Origin: an uncultured Oscillospiraceae bacterium
Lineage (GTDB): Bacteria > Bacillota > Clostridia > Oscillospirales > Oscillospiraceae
Assembly (NCBI GenBank): GCA_964468195.1
Contig: CAYXUI010000030.1
Location: forward strand, 1 to 23,467
Reading direction: 5' to 3'
DNA: 23,467 nt
A program made the translations under genes and the position numbers. How positions within the stretch are numbered: the stretch's first letter is position 1; each line of letters opens with the position of its first letter. The notes beneath the pieces are model-generated. The model was not told the DNA's origin and searched no databases. It saw only the letters and a program-made list of their open reading frames with translations. Below, piece after piece: positions 1-7,811 of the stretch.

Positions 1-1046
1 ACATCTCCCCCTACATGGTCACCGATACCGACAAGATGGAAGCCGTCCTGGACGATGCTTACATCCTGATTACCGATAAGAAGATCTCTTCCATTCAGGA
101 GATCCTGCCCATTCTGGAGCCCATCGTCAAGGCCGGCCGGAAGCTGATGATCATCGCCGAGGATGTAGAAGGCGATGCTCTGGCTACTCTGCTGCTGAAC
201 CGTCTCCAGGGCCGCTTCAATGTGGTCTGCGTCAAGGCTCCCGGCTTCGGCGACCGCCGGAAGGAAATGCTGCAGGATATCGCCGTGCTCACCGGTGGTA
301 CCGTGATCTCCAGCCAGCTGAACATGGAGCTGTCTGAGACCCAGCTGACCGATCTGGGCCACTGCCGTCAGATCGTTGTGAACAAGGACAACACCACCAT
401 CGTCGATGGCGATGGCTCCGCTGCGGATATTGCTGCCCGGGCTCAGATGATCCGTGCCAACATCGCCACCACTACCTCCGACTACGACCGTGAAAAACTC
501 CAGGAGCGTCTGGCAAAACTCTCCGGCGGCGTGGCCGTCATCAAGGTGGGTGCTCAGACCGAAGTTGCCATGAAGGAGCAGAAGTTGAGAGTGGAAGACG
601 CTCTGAACGCTGCCCGTGCTGCCGTGGAAGAAGGCATCGTGGCCGGCGGTGGTACCGCTCAGGTCAACGCTGTGGCCGCTGTGGAAGAGCTGATCGCTAC
701 CCTCCACGGTGACGAGAAGACCGGTGCCCGGATCATTGCCTCCGCCCTGCAGGCTCCCATCCGCCAGATCGCGGAAAATGCCGGTGTGGACGGTTCCGTG
801 ATCTACGAGAAGATCCGCTCCTGCGGTAAGGTGGGTTACGGCTACAACGCCTACACTGAGGAGTTCTGCGACATGATCGCTAACGGCATCGTGGATCCCA
901 CCAAGGTCACCCGTTCCTCTCTGGAAAATGCCGCATCCATCGCCGGTTGTGTGCTGACCACCGAATCTCTGGTGGTCGATAAGCCCGATCCCGCTGCTGA
1001 CGCTGCCATGGCAGCAGCTGCAGCCCAGGGCGGCGGAATGTACTAA
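1..1046 (+). CDS. groEL: Chaperonin GroEL (Cpn60), C-terminal ~348 codons; 5' end is outside the window (frame 3, first full codon at 3)
   Basis: The frame is open from the window edge ([39 protein letters not shown]...). Conserved GroEL blocks are present: [49 protein letters not shown], and a Gly/Met tail QGGGMY. Stop TAA at 1044-1046 is followed by a strong terminator. Confidence 0.97.
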   Translation, partial: ISPYMVTDTDKMEAVLDDAYILITDKKISSIQEILPILEPIVKAGRKLMIIAEDVEGDALATLLLNRLQGRFNVVCVKAPGFGDRRKEMLQDIAVLTGGTVISSQLNMELSETQLTDLGHCRQIVVNKDNTTIVDGDGSAADIAARAQMIRANIATTTSDYDREKLQERLAKLSGGVAVIKVGAQTEVAMKEQKLRVEDALNAARAAVEEGIVAGGGTAQVNAVAAVEELIATLHGDEKTGARIIASALQAPIRQIAENAGVDGSVIYEKIRSCGKVGYGYNAYTEEFCDMIANGIVDPTKVTRSSLENAASIAGCVLTTESLVVDKPDPAADAAMAAAAAQGGGMY

Positions 1047-1051
1047 GCATT

Positions 1052-1096
1052 AAAAACCCCTCCCAAGATTCTTACAGAACCTTGGGAGGGGTTTTT
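1052..1096 (+). terminator. Intrinsic terminator downstream of groEL (looks bidirectional)
   Basis: 11-bp GC-rich stem CCCCTCCCAAG (1057-1067) pairs with CTTGGGAGGGG (1081-1091) around a 13-nt loop. A T5 run follows at 1092-1096 and an A5 run precedes at 1052-1056. Confidence 0.85.
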
Positions 1097-1252
1097 GTAG
1101 GGCGGGGGCATGCCCCCGCCGCTTTGCTATCCATTTATACGCGCTCATTTGGTTGATACTGCCATACCAATCGTTGATTTCTACCCTTTGCCATTCAACC
1201 AGCCATGCAAATATCGTTACCTGTCCGGCGGAGGCATGCCTCCGCCCTACGA
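1097..1252. repeat. R1 REPIN-like doublet, copy A: two inverted GTAGGG+palindrome units flanking an AT-rich spacer
   Basis: Left unit is GTAGGGCGGGGGCATGCCCCCGCCGC (1097-1122). Right unit is GTCCGGCGGAGGCATGCCTCCGCCCTACGA (1223-1252), the inverted complement of the left unit. The same architecture recurs at 13790, 15922 and 17423. Confidence 0.9.
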
Positions 1253-1268
1253 TAGCATCTTAAGCATC

Positions 1269-1850
1269 TTAGTTTTTCCGAAACACAATCATTCCCGTTC
1301 TGGGGTCCATGCGGTCGATAATTGCCAGAGATTCCACCCGATAGCCCAGGTTCCGGATTCGCTGGCCGCCTTCCTGGAAGCCCTTCTCGATGGCGATGCC
1401 GCAACCCACCACTGTGGCCTCTGCATCCTCCACAATGGAGATCAGACCCTGCAAGGCGCAGCCGTTGGCCAGAATGTCATCCACGATGAGAACATGATCC
1501 GTTTTCTTCAGAAGCTTTTTGGACACGATGACCTGGTTCACATTCCGGTGCCGGAAGGACAGGACTCTTGCATCGTATACTTCTTCATCCATGATTTTCC
1601 GCTTTGTCTTCTTGGCAAAAACCATTGGCACCCCAAACTCCCGGGCCACGGCGGCGGCAATGGCAATGCCGGAGACTTCCAGGGTCAGAATTTTGGTGAC
1701 GCTCTGATCTGCATAGCGGCGGTGGATCTCTCTGGCGATTTCATCCACAAGGGCAATGTCCAGCTGGTGATACAAAAAGTTATCTACTTTCAATACTTCC
1801 GGGCTCATCACCACAGCATCCTTTAATATCCGCTCCTGAAGGAAATTCAT
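1269..1850 (-). CDS. xpt: Xanthine phosphoribosyltransferase
   Basis: 193 aa, collinear with Bacillus Xpt as I recall it: VLKVDNFLYHQLD, TLEVSGIAIAAAVA, PRPP loop HVLIVDDILANG, GYRVESLA. A GGAGG RBS lies 7 nt upstream of the ATG. Confidence 0.92.
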   Translation of the reverse strand: MNFLQERILKDAVVMSPEVLKVDNFLYHQLDIALVDEIAREIHRRYADQSVTKILTLEVSGIAIAAAVAREFGVPMVFAKKTKRKIMDEEVYDARVLSFRHRNVNQVIVSKKLLKKTDHVLIVDDILANGCALQGLISIVEDAEATVVGCGIAIEKGFQEGGQRIRNLGYRVESLAIIDRMDPRTGMIVFRKN

Positions 1851-1879
1851 AGGCGCACCTCCGATTTGTCTTTTCTTTC

Positions 1880-1908
1880 AGTATATCATATCTTTATTGG
1901 ATTGTCAC
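1880..1908 (-). promoter_or_regulatory. Candidate sigma-70-type promoter for xpt
   Basis: On the minus strand: GTGACA (-35, 1903-1908), 17-nt spacer ending in TGA (extended -10), TATACT (-10, 1880-1885). It lies about 30 nt upstream of the xpt RBS. Confidence 0.5.
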
Positions 1909-1978
1909 CGTTTTTTCCCTTTCCTGCCTTTACTTTTTCTCCGGTATGGGCTAGAATATTCCCAAAGGAGATGATTCC

Positions 1979-2329
1979 ATGGATAAAGAACTGCGTGACC
2001 GGCTGTACTGGCTGAAAGAAGAATTGCTGGAGGAAGAACCCTCCGTTGTGGCCCCACTGGATCTGGATTCCATTCTCGATGGCATTGATCTGCGGGATTA
2101 TGGTGAGGAGGATACACCGGAACCTCCTGCACCTGGCCGGACTGGCCGTAAGAAACTGTCCCGGGCAGAAAAACTGGAGCGGCAGACGTATGAAAATGCC
2201 TATCCCATGGAGGAGCGCAGCGTTGCGCCCCAAAAGAAGAAAGGCGTGAAGGGTCTTGTGATCCTGGCAATTCTGGAAATAATTGCCATTTTCTGCGTGT
2301 TGGGTTGGTGGATGCAATGGCTGGTGTGA
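1979..2329 (+). CDS. Hypothetical small protein: acidic N-terminal region, Lys/Arg-rich linker, single C-terminal transmembrane helix
   Basis: 116 aa. AAGGAG RBS 8 nt upstream of the ATG. The C-terminus GLVILAILEIIAIFCVLGWWMQWLV is a clear hydrophobic helix. The 3' end overlaps the gluQ start. I recognise no family. Confidence 0.6.
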   Translation: MDKELRDRLYWLKEELLEEEPSVVAPLDLDSILDGIDLRDYGEEDTPEPPAPGRTGRKKLSRAEKLERQTYENAYPMEERSVAPQKKKGVKGLVILAILEIIAIFCVLGWWMQWLV

Positions 2330-3237
2330 CCCCCGTTGGGCGGTTTGCCCCAACCCCTTCCGGCCGGATGCATCTGGGCAATGTGTTTTCTGCACTGCTT
2401 GCCTGGCTCTCTGTGAAAAGCAGAGGCGGAGAAATGGTGCTGCGGATGGAGGATCTGGACACCCAGCGTACCAGCGCCGAATTTGCCCAAATCCTCCGGG
2501 AGGACCTGAACTGGCTGGGACTGACTTATGACCGGGAAACAGAACCCCAGTCTCAACGGAGCCGGGTGTATGATAAATACTTTTCCCGAATCCAGGAGAT
2601 GGGGTTGATCTATCCCTGTTACTGCACCCGCAGCCAGCTCCACAGTGTCAACGCTCCCCACCTTTCCGATGGTACCTATGTCTATCCCGGCACCTGCCGA
2701 AACCTGAAGCAAGAAGATATTCCTGCAAACCGGTTGCCTGCCTGGCGGGTCATGGTCCCGGACAAAATCTTGACCGTGGAAGATAAGGTTCAGGGTCACT
2801 ATACATTGAATCTGGCCACCGGCTGCGGGGACATGGTTCTGCGCCGGGCCGACGGGGTCTATGTCTATCAGCTGGCGGTAACGGTGGATGACGGCGAAGC
2901 CGGTGTGACGGAGGTTGTTCGTGGCATGGATCTTCTCAGCTCTGCCCCCCGGCAGATGTATTTGCAGGAACTGCTGGGTTTCCCCCATCCGGAATATGCC
3001 CATGTTCCCATGCTGCTGGCCCCCGATGGCCGCCGCTTAAGCAAACGGGATCAGGATCTGGATCTTGGACAATTGCGGCTCCATGTGACCCGGGAGCAGC
3101 TGCTGGGAAGCTTAGCCTTCTCCGCTGGGATCCTCGATCAAAAGAAAGCCATTTCTCCACAGGAACTGGCGAAAGAATTCTCCTGGGAGAAGGTGCATGG
3201 TGACAGCATTTATTTGAATGCGGAGGATTTGCTGTAA
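2317..3237 (+). CDS. gluQ: Glutamyl-Q tRNA(Asp) synthetase (truncated GluRS paralog, no anticodon-binding domain)
   Basis: GRFAPTPSGRMHLGN (HIGH-type motif), LRMEDLD, Zn-site pattern CYCTR...YVYPGTC, YQLAVTVDD, and RLSKRD (KMSKS equivalent). About 306 aa, as expected for GluQRS. The ORF opens at TTG 2305; I prefer ATG 2317, preceded by GGTGGA 4 nt upstream. Confidence 0.85.
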   Translation: MAGVTPVGRFAPTPSGRMHLGNVFSALLAWLSVKSRGGEMVLRMEDLDTQRTSAEFAQILREDLNWLGLTYDRETEPQSQRSRVYDKYFSRIQEMGLIYPCYCTRSQLHSVNAPHLSDGTYVYPGTCRNLKQEDIPANRLPAWRVMVPDKILTVEDKVQGHYTLNLATGCGDMVLRRADGVYVYQLAVTVDDGEAGVTEVVRGMDLLSSAPRQMYLQELLGFPHPEYAHVPMLLAPDGRRLSKRDQDLDLGQLRLHVTREQLLGSLAFSAGILDQKKAISPQELAKEFSWEKVHGDSIYLNAEDLL

Positions 3238-3250
3238 CTTGAATATCTTG

Positions 3251-3374
3251 GCTCCCCCATAGGGGGAGCTGACCGAAATCTATGATTTCGGTCTGAGAGG
3301 GAGCTCATTCGTTACGCCCCATATCCGTCACCGGCTTGCAGCGGTGACACCTTCCCAGAGGAGAAGGTGTTTTT
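3251..3374 (+). repeat. R3 GC-rich multi-hairpin intergenic repeat, copy 1
   Basis: Consecutive hairpins: GCTCCCCC-ATA-GGGGGAGC (3251-3269), GACCGAAAT-CTATG-ATTTCGGTC (3271-3293), GTCACCG...CGGTGAC (3327-3348), CACCTTC...GAAGGTG (3348-3369). The hairpin order and the GTCACCG/CGGTGAC module are shared with copies at 10290 and 21967. Confidence 0.7.
3348..3374 (+). terminator. Probable gluQ intrinsic terminator (last hairpin of the R3 repeat)
   Basis: 7-bp stem CACCTTC/GAAGGTG, 8-nt loop, then TTTTT at 3370-3374. Confidence 0.55.
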
Positions 3375-3394
3375 GACATCTCCCCTGTCTTTTC

Positions 3395-3559
3395 CGTGGA
3401 TAACTTGTGTTATTCACAGGACAGAACTGTACTTTTCCACAATTTCCACAGGTTTTTCCACAGCACTTGGCAATTTCTCTGTTGAAACATCGGGGAATTT
3501 GTCCCATCTGTCCACTTTTTCCACAGATGTGTGCACAACTGTGGAAAAAGTTATGCACA
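3395..3559. promoter_or_regulatory. oriC-distal DnaA-box cluster (8 boxes with 7-8 of 9 matches to TTATCCACA in 165 bp)
   Basis: cgtggataa 3395-3403 (minus strand, 8/9); ttattcaca 3410-3418 (8/9); ttttccaca 3433-3441 (8/9); atttccaca 3442-3450 (7/9); ttttccaca 3454-3462 (8/9); ttttccaca 3517-3525 (8/9); tgtggaaaa 3540-3548 (minus strand, 8/9); ttatgcaca 3551-3559 (8/9). The TTTTCCACA variant is also the commonest box in the dnaA-dnaN spacer. Confidence 0.7.
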
Positions 3560-3613
3560 AGTGGGCATTACCTATGCCGGACGTGATACCCGTCCCCTGT
3601 AATTTCCTGAATG

Positions 3614-3655
3614 CAAAAAAACTCCACAGCTTTTTGCAAAGCTGTGGAGTTTTTC
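3614..3655 (-). terminator. Intrinsic (bidirectional) terminator of the oxidoreductase gene
   Basis: 13-bp stem ACTCCACAGCTTT/AAAGCTGTGGAGT (3621-3650), flanked by an A run at 3615-3620 and a T run at 3651-3654. Confidence 0.85.
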
Positions 3656-3659
3656 ATAA

Positions 3660-4763
3660 TCAGATCACATAATCGGGCTTTTCAAACTTCTTTTCCAGAG
3701 GATTCTGGCGCTCGATCTCGTTGAAGATGGCAATCTGGGCCTTAATGTGCTCGGGCTTCATGTACAGCTCCGCACCATTTACCAGGGTCTCATACCAGTC
3801 GTGGTAGAACCGGTTGGTGCACTTGCCGAAGGCATTCCACACGTCGGCATCCAGTGCCACCTCTTCCTCATGCCAAACCAGGTGGTTATTGCAGTAGGCA
3901 GGGGTGCCGTTTTCGTTGTGAATGGACTTGTGATCCAGCACGGGAGTGGGCACTTCCTCGTCCAGATAATACTTGTAGACGATCTTGCTGTTCATGACCT
4001 TCATGGTACCCTTGGTGCCAAAGATCTTGAAAATGGGCTGTTCTCCGGCGAAAGCGTCGGAGGGATTGACCTCCATCTCATAGATGGTGCCGTTTGCATA
4101 GTGCATGCGGCAGAACATGTAGTCCTCGGCATCGCCAACGGAGTTCCAGATGGCCATGTGGGAGGTAATGGCGGGCATTTCGTCGGACTCGGCCAGATCC
4201 ATGATCTGCTCGATGGAATGGGCAGCATTGTTGCGCATGGTGCCGGCATCCCGGTACAGCAGGGTCTGCCAGTCGTAGCGGCGGGCAAAGGAATTCTGAC
4301 AGGCACGGACCAGCTTGATATCGCCAATGACGCCTTCCTTCAGCAGACGCTTCATCTGGATGAAATAGTCGTTGTACTTGTACTGATGGAAAATGGTGAA
4401 GATGACATTGTTGGCCTTGGCGGTGTCAATGAGATCCTGAACCATTTCCGGAGTCTTGCACAAAGGCTTCTCGCACAGGACATTGAAGCCATGGGCCAGC
4501 AGATCCTTGGTAATGGGATAGTGCAAGTCAGAGTAGGAAGCGTTGGTGACGAAATCCAGCTCGTCCTTGTGGGCAAAGAGCTCGGTGTAGTCCGTCAGAG
4601 TCTCGCAGCCGAAGATTTCCTTGGCAGCAGCAGCCCGGGCAGGATCAGCTTCCACCACATATTTGACATTGCAGATATCATTGGCTTCGGTGCGCAGGAA
4701 AGCACCGTGGATGTCGCAGCCGGAGCGGCCAAAGCCGATGATGGCCATATTTAACTTCTTCAT
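3660..4763 (-). CDS. Gfo/Idh/MocA-family NAD(P)-dependent oxidoreductase
   Basis: 367 aa. N-terminal Rossmann motif MAIIGFGRSG and the family-typical CEKPL motif (VLCEKPLCKT). GGAGAAG RBS upstream. Substrate cannot be inferred. Confidence 0.88.
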   Translation of the reverse strand: MKKLNMAIIGFGRSGCDIHGAFLRTEANDICNVKYVVEADPARAAAAKEIFGCETLTDYTELFAHKDELDFVTNASYSDLHYPITKDLLAHGFNVLCEKPLCKTPEMVQDLIDTAKANNVIFTIFHQYKYNDYFIQMKRLLKEGVIGDIKLVRACQNSFARRYDWQTLLYRDAGTMRNNAAHSIEQIMDLAESDEMPAITSHMAIWNSVGDAEDYMFCRMHYANGTIYEMEVNPSDAFAGEQPIFKIFGTKGTMKVMNSKIVYKYYLDEEVPTPVLDHKSIHNENGTPAYCNNHLVWHEEEVALDADVWNAFGKCTNRFYHDWYETLVNGAELYMKPEHIKAQIAIFNEIERQNPLEKKFEKPDYVI

Positions 4764-4799
4764 AGGGTATCACTTCTCCTTACATTTTTTATCAAAGAT

Positions 4800-4828
4800 A
4801 TTATAACACACTTTCGTATCGATTGCAA
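4800..4828 (-). promoter_or_regulatory. Candidate sigma-70-type promoter for the oxidoreductase gene
   Basis: On the minus strand: TTGCAA (4823-4828), 17-nt spacer ending TGT, TATAAT (4800-4805). Confidence 0.6.
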
Positions 4829-4891
4829 TCCGTGGTTTTCCATAGGTTTTTCTCCCCTTTTTTGGACAGTTTGGGCATATGGAATGGGTAG

Positions 4892-4923
4892 CGAAAAAGG
4901 GCGACCGCTGGTCGCCCTTTTCG
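4892..4923 (-). terminator. Intrinsic terminator of mscL
   Basis: Stem GGGCGACC/GGTCGCCC (4899-4917) flanked by A5 and T4 runs, immediately after the mscL stop. Confidence 0.8.
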
Positions 4924-5370
4924 TTATTTCTCTTTCAGCAGATCCCGGATCTCCATCAAAAGCACTTCTTCATTGGAGGGCTTGGGGGGTGCGGGAGGTG
5001 CGGCTTCTTCTTTCTTTTTGCCGATTTCGGTAAGCTTATTCAGGCTCTTTACCAAGAAGAATACCACCAAAGCCAAAATCAGGAAATTGATGACAGCGGA
5101 GATAAAATTGCCGTAATTCAGAGTATTTTGAATCACATTTCCCGCTTCATCCAGCACCGGCTCAGAAAACAGCCGAGGCAAAACGATCTTCAGCTCAGAA
5201 AAATCAATGCCACCCATGAAAATGGCAATGATGGGCATGATGATATCATCCGTCAGGCTTTTGGTAATGGTGGAGAAAGCAGCACCAATGATGGTACCAA
5301 CAGCCAGCGCCATAGCGTTGCCCTTCACGGCAAAAGCCATGAATTCATCGATCCACTTTGGCTTTTTCAT
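4924..5370 (-). CDS. mscL: Large-conductance mechanosensitive channel MscL
   Basis: 148 aa: EFMAFAVKGNAMALAVGTIIGAAFSTITKSLTDDIIMPII, a second TM segment NYGNFISAVINFLILALVVFFLV, and a charged C-terminal helix. This is the classic MscL layout. Confidence 0.95.
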   Translation of the reverse strand: MKKPKWIDEFMAFAVKGNAMALAVGTIIGAAFSTITKSLTDDIIMPIIAIFMGGIDFSELKIVLPRLFSEPVLDEAGNVIQNTLNYGNFISAVINFLILALVVFFLVKSLNKLTEIGKKKEEAAPPAPPKPSNEEVLLMEIRDLLKEK

Positions 5371-5464
5371 ACGTTATATCCCTTTCAATCCTTAGTTAGG
5401 AGTTGTGGTGTTGCTTCGCAACATTTTTATCTTCCAACTCATAACTCCTAATTCCTAACTATTC

Positions 5465-6793
5465 TTACTTCGTAATGACTTCCAGGCCGCCCAGATACTT
5501 TCTCAGCACTTCGGGCACCACCACAGAGCCGTCAGCACGCTGGTTCTGCTCCACGATGGCGGGGAAAATACGGGAAGTTGCCAGACCGGAGCCGTTCAGA
5601 GTGTGCACATAGTCGATCTTGCCATCGGCACGGCGGTAACGGATATTGCCACGGCGGGCCTGATAATCCCGGGCATTGGACACGGAGGAAACTTCCTTAT
5701 AGCCGTTCATGGAGGGAATCAGGATCTCGATATCATAGGTTCTGGCCATGGAAGCGGAGCAGTCACCGGCAGCCAGCTTCACGGTGCGGAAGTGCAGACC
5801 CAGACCGGCAACCAGATTCTCGGCCTTCTTCACCAGTTCTTCGAAAGCCTCATCGGAACCCTCGGGGGTGGTGTACTGGAACATTTCCACCTTGTTGAAC
5901 TGGTGGCCACGAACCATACCACGCTCGTCGGCACGGTGGGAACCGGCTTCCCGCCGGAAGCAGGGGGTGTAAGCGAAGAACTTCTTGGGCAGGTCCTTCT
6001 CCGTCAGAATTTCGTCACGGTAAACGGAAGCCAGAGCGGCTTCAGCAGTGGGCAGCATGTAGAAGGTTGAGCCTTCCGTGGGATGGTTGGCGATCTTAAA
6101 GACCTCGTCAGCGAACTTTGGGAACTGACCGGCGGTTTCGCCGCAGGCATACTCCAGCATGTGGGGGGGCAGGATGAAATCGTAGCCGTCAGCGGTATGG
6201 GTATCAATAAAGTAATTCAGCAGTGCCCACTCCAGTCTTGCACCCATGCCGGTGTACATCCAGTTACCGCCGCCGGCCAGCTTGACGCCACGCTCGTAGT
6301 CGATGAGATCCAGATCCTGGCACAGATCCACATGGTGCTTGGGCTCGAAATCAAAGGAATGCTTCTCGCCGATGTAGCGCAGAGGCTCATTATTTTCCTT
6401 GCCACCGGGGAGCAGGTCAGGATCCGGCAGATTGGGCAGGCTCAGCATAGCAACCCGGTACTCTGCAGACAGTTCTTTCAGCTTTGCAGTGTCGGCCTCG
6501 TTAGCGGCATCCAGTGCAATGGCCTGGGCCTTGTTTTCTTCGATTTTGGCATCCACTTCTGCGGTGGATTCGCCCTTCTTTTCCAGGCCCTTCTTCATGC
6601 CAAAGAGCTTGCCGTTTTCCTTTGCCAGCTTGTTCTTCTGAGCGGTACGGCCTTCGGAGGTGGTCTTCAGGCTGCGGATCTCCACGTCCAGTTCCAGAAT
6701 GCGGTCAACGGTAGCATCGCAGTCTACTTCCTTGGCTTTCAGACCGGCCTTGACAGCATCGGGATTTTCTTTGATTTTACGAATGTCTAACAT
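5465..6793 (-). CDS. serS: Seryl-tRNA synthetase
   Basis: 442 aa. N-terminal coiled-coil arm begins MLDIRKIKENPDAVKAGLKAK. Class II core motifs include FRREAGS, GHQFNKVEMF and TLNGSGLATSR. AGGAGAGG RBS upstream. Confidence 0.96.
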   Translation of the reverse strand: MLDIRKIKENPDAVKAGLKAKEVDCDATVDRILELDVEIRSLKTTSEGRTAQKNKLAKENGKLFGMKKGLEKKGESTAEVDAKIEENKAQAIALDAANEADTAKLKELSAEYRVAMLSLPNLPDPDLLPGGKENNEPLRYIGEKHSFDFEPKHHVDLCQDLDLIDYERGVKLAGGGNWMYTGMGARLEWALLNYFIDTHTADGYDFILPPHMLEYACGETAGQFPKFADEVFKIANHPTEGSTFYMLPTAEAALASVYRDEILTEKDLPKKFFAYTPCFRREAGSHRADERGMVRGHQFNKVEMFQYTTPEGSDEAFEELVKKAENLVAGLGLHFRTVKLAAGDCSASMARTYDIEILIPSMNGYKEVSSVSNARDYQARRGNIRYRRADGKIDYVHTLNGSGLATSRIFPAIVEQNQRADGSVVVPEVLRKYLGGLEVITK

Positions 6794-6842
6794 GGTAACT
6801 TACCTCTCCTTATGGTTTTGTCCCGGTTTTTCGGGGCAAATG

Positions 6843-7703
6843 TTATTTTTGCAATTTCATCAGGGCGTCCAGCAGATTTTGCAGGTCTTCCTGACCGTAA
6901 AATTCCAGCTCAAAGCGGCCCTTGCGCTTGCCGTTGACGATTTTCACCCCACGGCCCAGATGCTTGCTCAGGCTCTTTTCGCACTCGGCAACGTAATCCA
7001 CGGCGAAGGTGACCTCCTGCTTGGGAGGCTGCTCCTTTGCCATGTTCTTGCACAGGGTTTCCGCCTGCCGGACAGACAGAGCCAGGGCCACGATTTTCTG
7101 GGCAGCTTCCAGCTGCTTTTTCTCGGTTTTCAGTGTAAGAATAGCACGGGCGTGACCGGCTGTCAACTCTCCCCGCTTCAATTTTTCCAGAACTTCCGGG
7201 CTCAGGTTCAGCAGTCGCAGAGAATTTGCCACGGTAGGCCGGGAACGCCCCACCCGACTGGCAGCGTCTTCCTGAGTCAGGCCGTATTCTTCAATGAGTG
7301 CCTGATAACCCAGTGCTTCTTCCACGCAGTTTAGATCCTGCCGTTGCAGATTTTCGATAAGGGCCAGCTCCATGGCCTTCCGGTCGTCGGCTTCCACCAC
7401 CACCACCGGCACATCGCTGATGCCCGCCAATCGGGCAGCACGCCACCGGCGTTCACCGGCAATGATCTGATAGTAGCCACTGGGCAGTTCCCGCACTGTC
7501 AGAGGTTGGATGACCCCATGGATGGCAATGGAATCTGCCAGTGCCTGCAATTCTTCTTCATCAAACTCCCGCCGGGGCTGGTCGGGATTTGGTTCGATCT
7601 TATAAATGGGCAATTCCCGGTAGGCACTGGTTTCCAGAGTTTCTTCCCCGAAATCCCCCAGTAATGCTCCAAGGCCCTTGCCCAAGCCTTTGTTGGATGC
7701 CAC
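6843..7703 (-). CDS. parB: Chromosome partitioning protein ParB/Spo0J (GTG start)
   Basis: 286 aa: KGLGKGLGALL, ParB box IQPLTVRE...YQIIAGERRWRAARLAG, and HTH LTQEDAASRVGRSRPTVANSLRLL. GGAGG lies 6 nt upstream of the GTG. Confidence 0.95.
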   Translation of the reverse strand: MASNKGLGKGLGALLGDFGEETLETSAYRELPIYKIEPNPDQPRREFDEEELQALADSIAIHGVIQPLTVRELPSGYYQIIAGERRWRAARLAGISDVPVVVVEADDRKAMELALIENLQRQDLNCVEEALGYQALIEEYGLTQEDAASRVGRSRPTVANSLRLLNLSPEVLEKLKRGELTAGHARAILTLKTEKKQLEAAQKIVALALSVRQAETLCKNMAKEQPPKQEVTFAVDYVAECEKSLSKHLGRGVKIVNGKRKGRFELEFYGQEDLQNLLDALMKLQK

Positions 7704-7811
7704 AAAATACCTCCAATCGTTTAGTGGATAGTTAAGGTATTCCCTTCGGGAATGATTTCATTATAAACTAACTATCAACTATCAACTTTATTTGCATTTA
7801 TTTGCACGAAA

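Noticed and set aside
1851-1978. Purine riboswitch upstream of xpt. I also looked upstream of guaB at 22126-22210.
   Set aside because: I found none of the conserved purine-aptamer segments (UAUAAU..GGAUAUGG..GUUUCUACC..CCGUAAA) on the relevant strand. The xpt leader is only about 30 nt from the candidate promoter to the RBS.
3328-3672. ORFs 3328-3558 (minus strand, 76 aa) and 3367-3672 (plus strand, 101 aa) across the gluQ-oxidoreductase spacer.
   Set aside because: There is no RBS and the composition is Cys/Phe/Ser/Thr-rich and not protein-like. The open frames are explained by repeated TTTTCCACA-type DnaA boxes and a terminator hairpin.
6794-6842. T-box leader upstream of serS.
   Set aside because: Only 49 nt separate the parB stop from the serS start. 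That is too short for a T-box, and no T-box consensus sequence is visible.
7739-7753. Hairpin ATTCCC-TTC-GGGAAT in the parA-parB spacer as a terminator or attenuator.
   Set aside because: The stem is only 6 bp and no T-run follows on either strand. That is too little to support a call.
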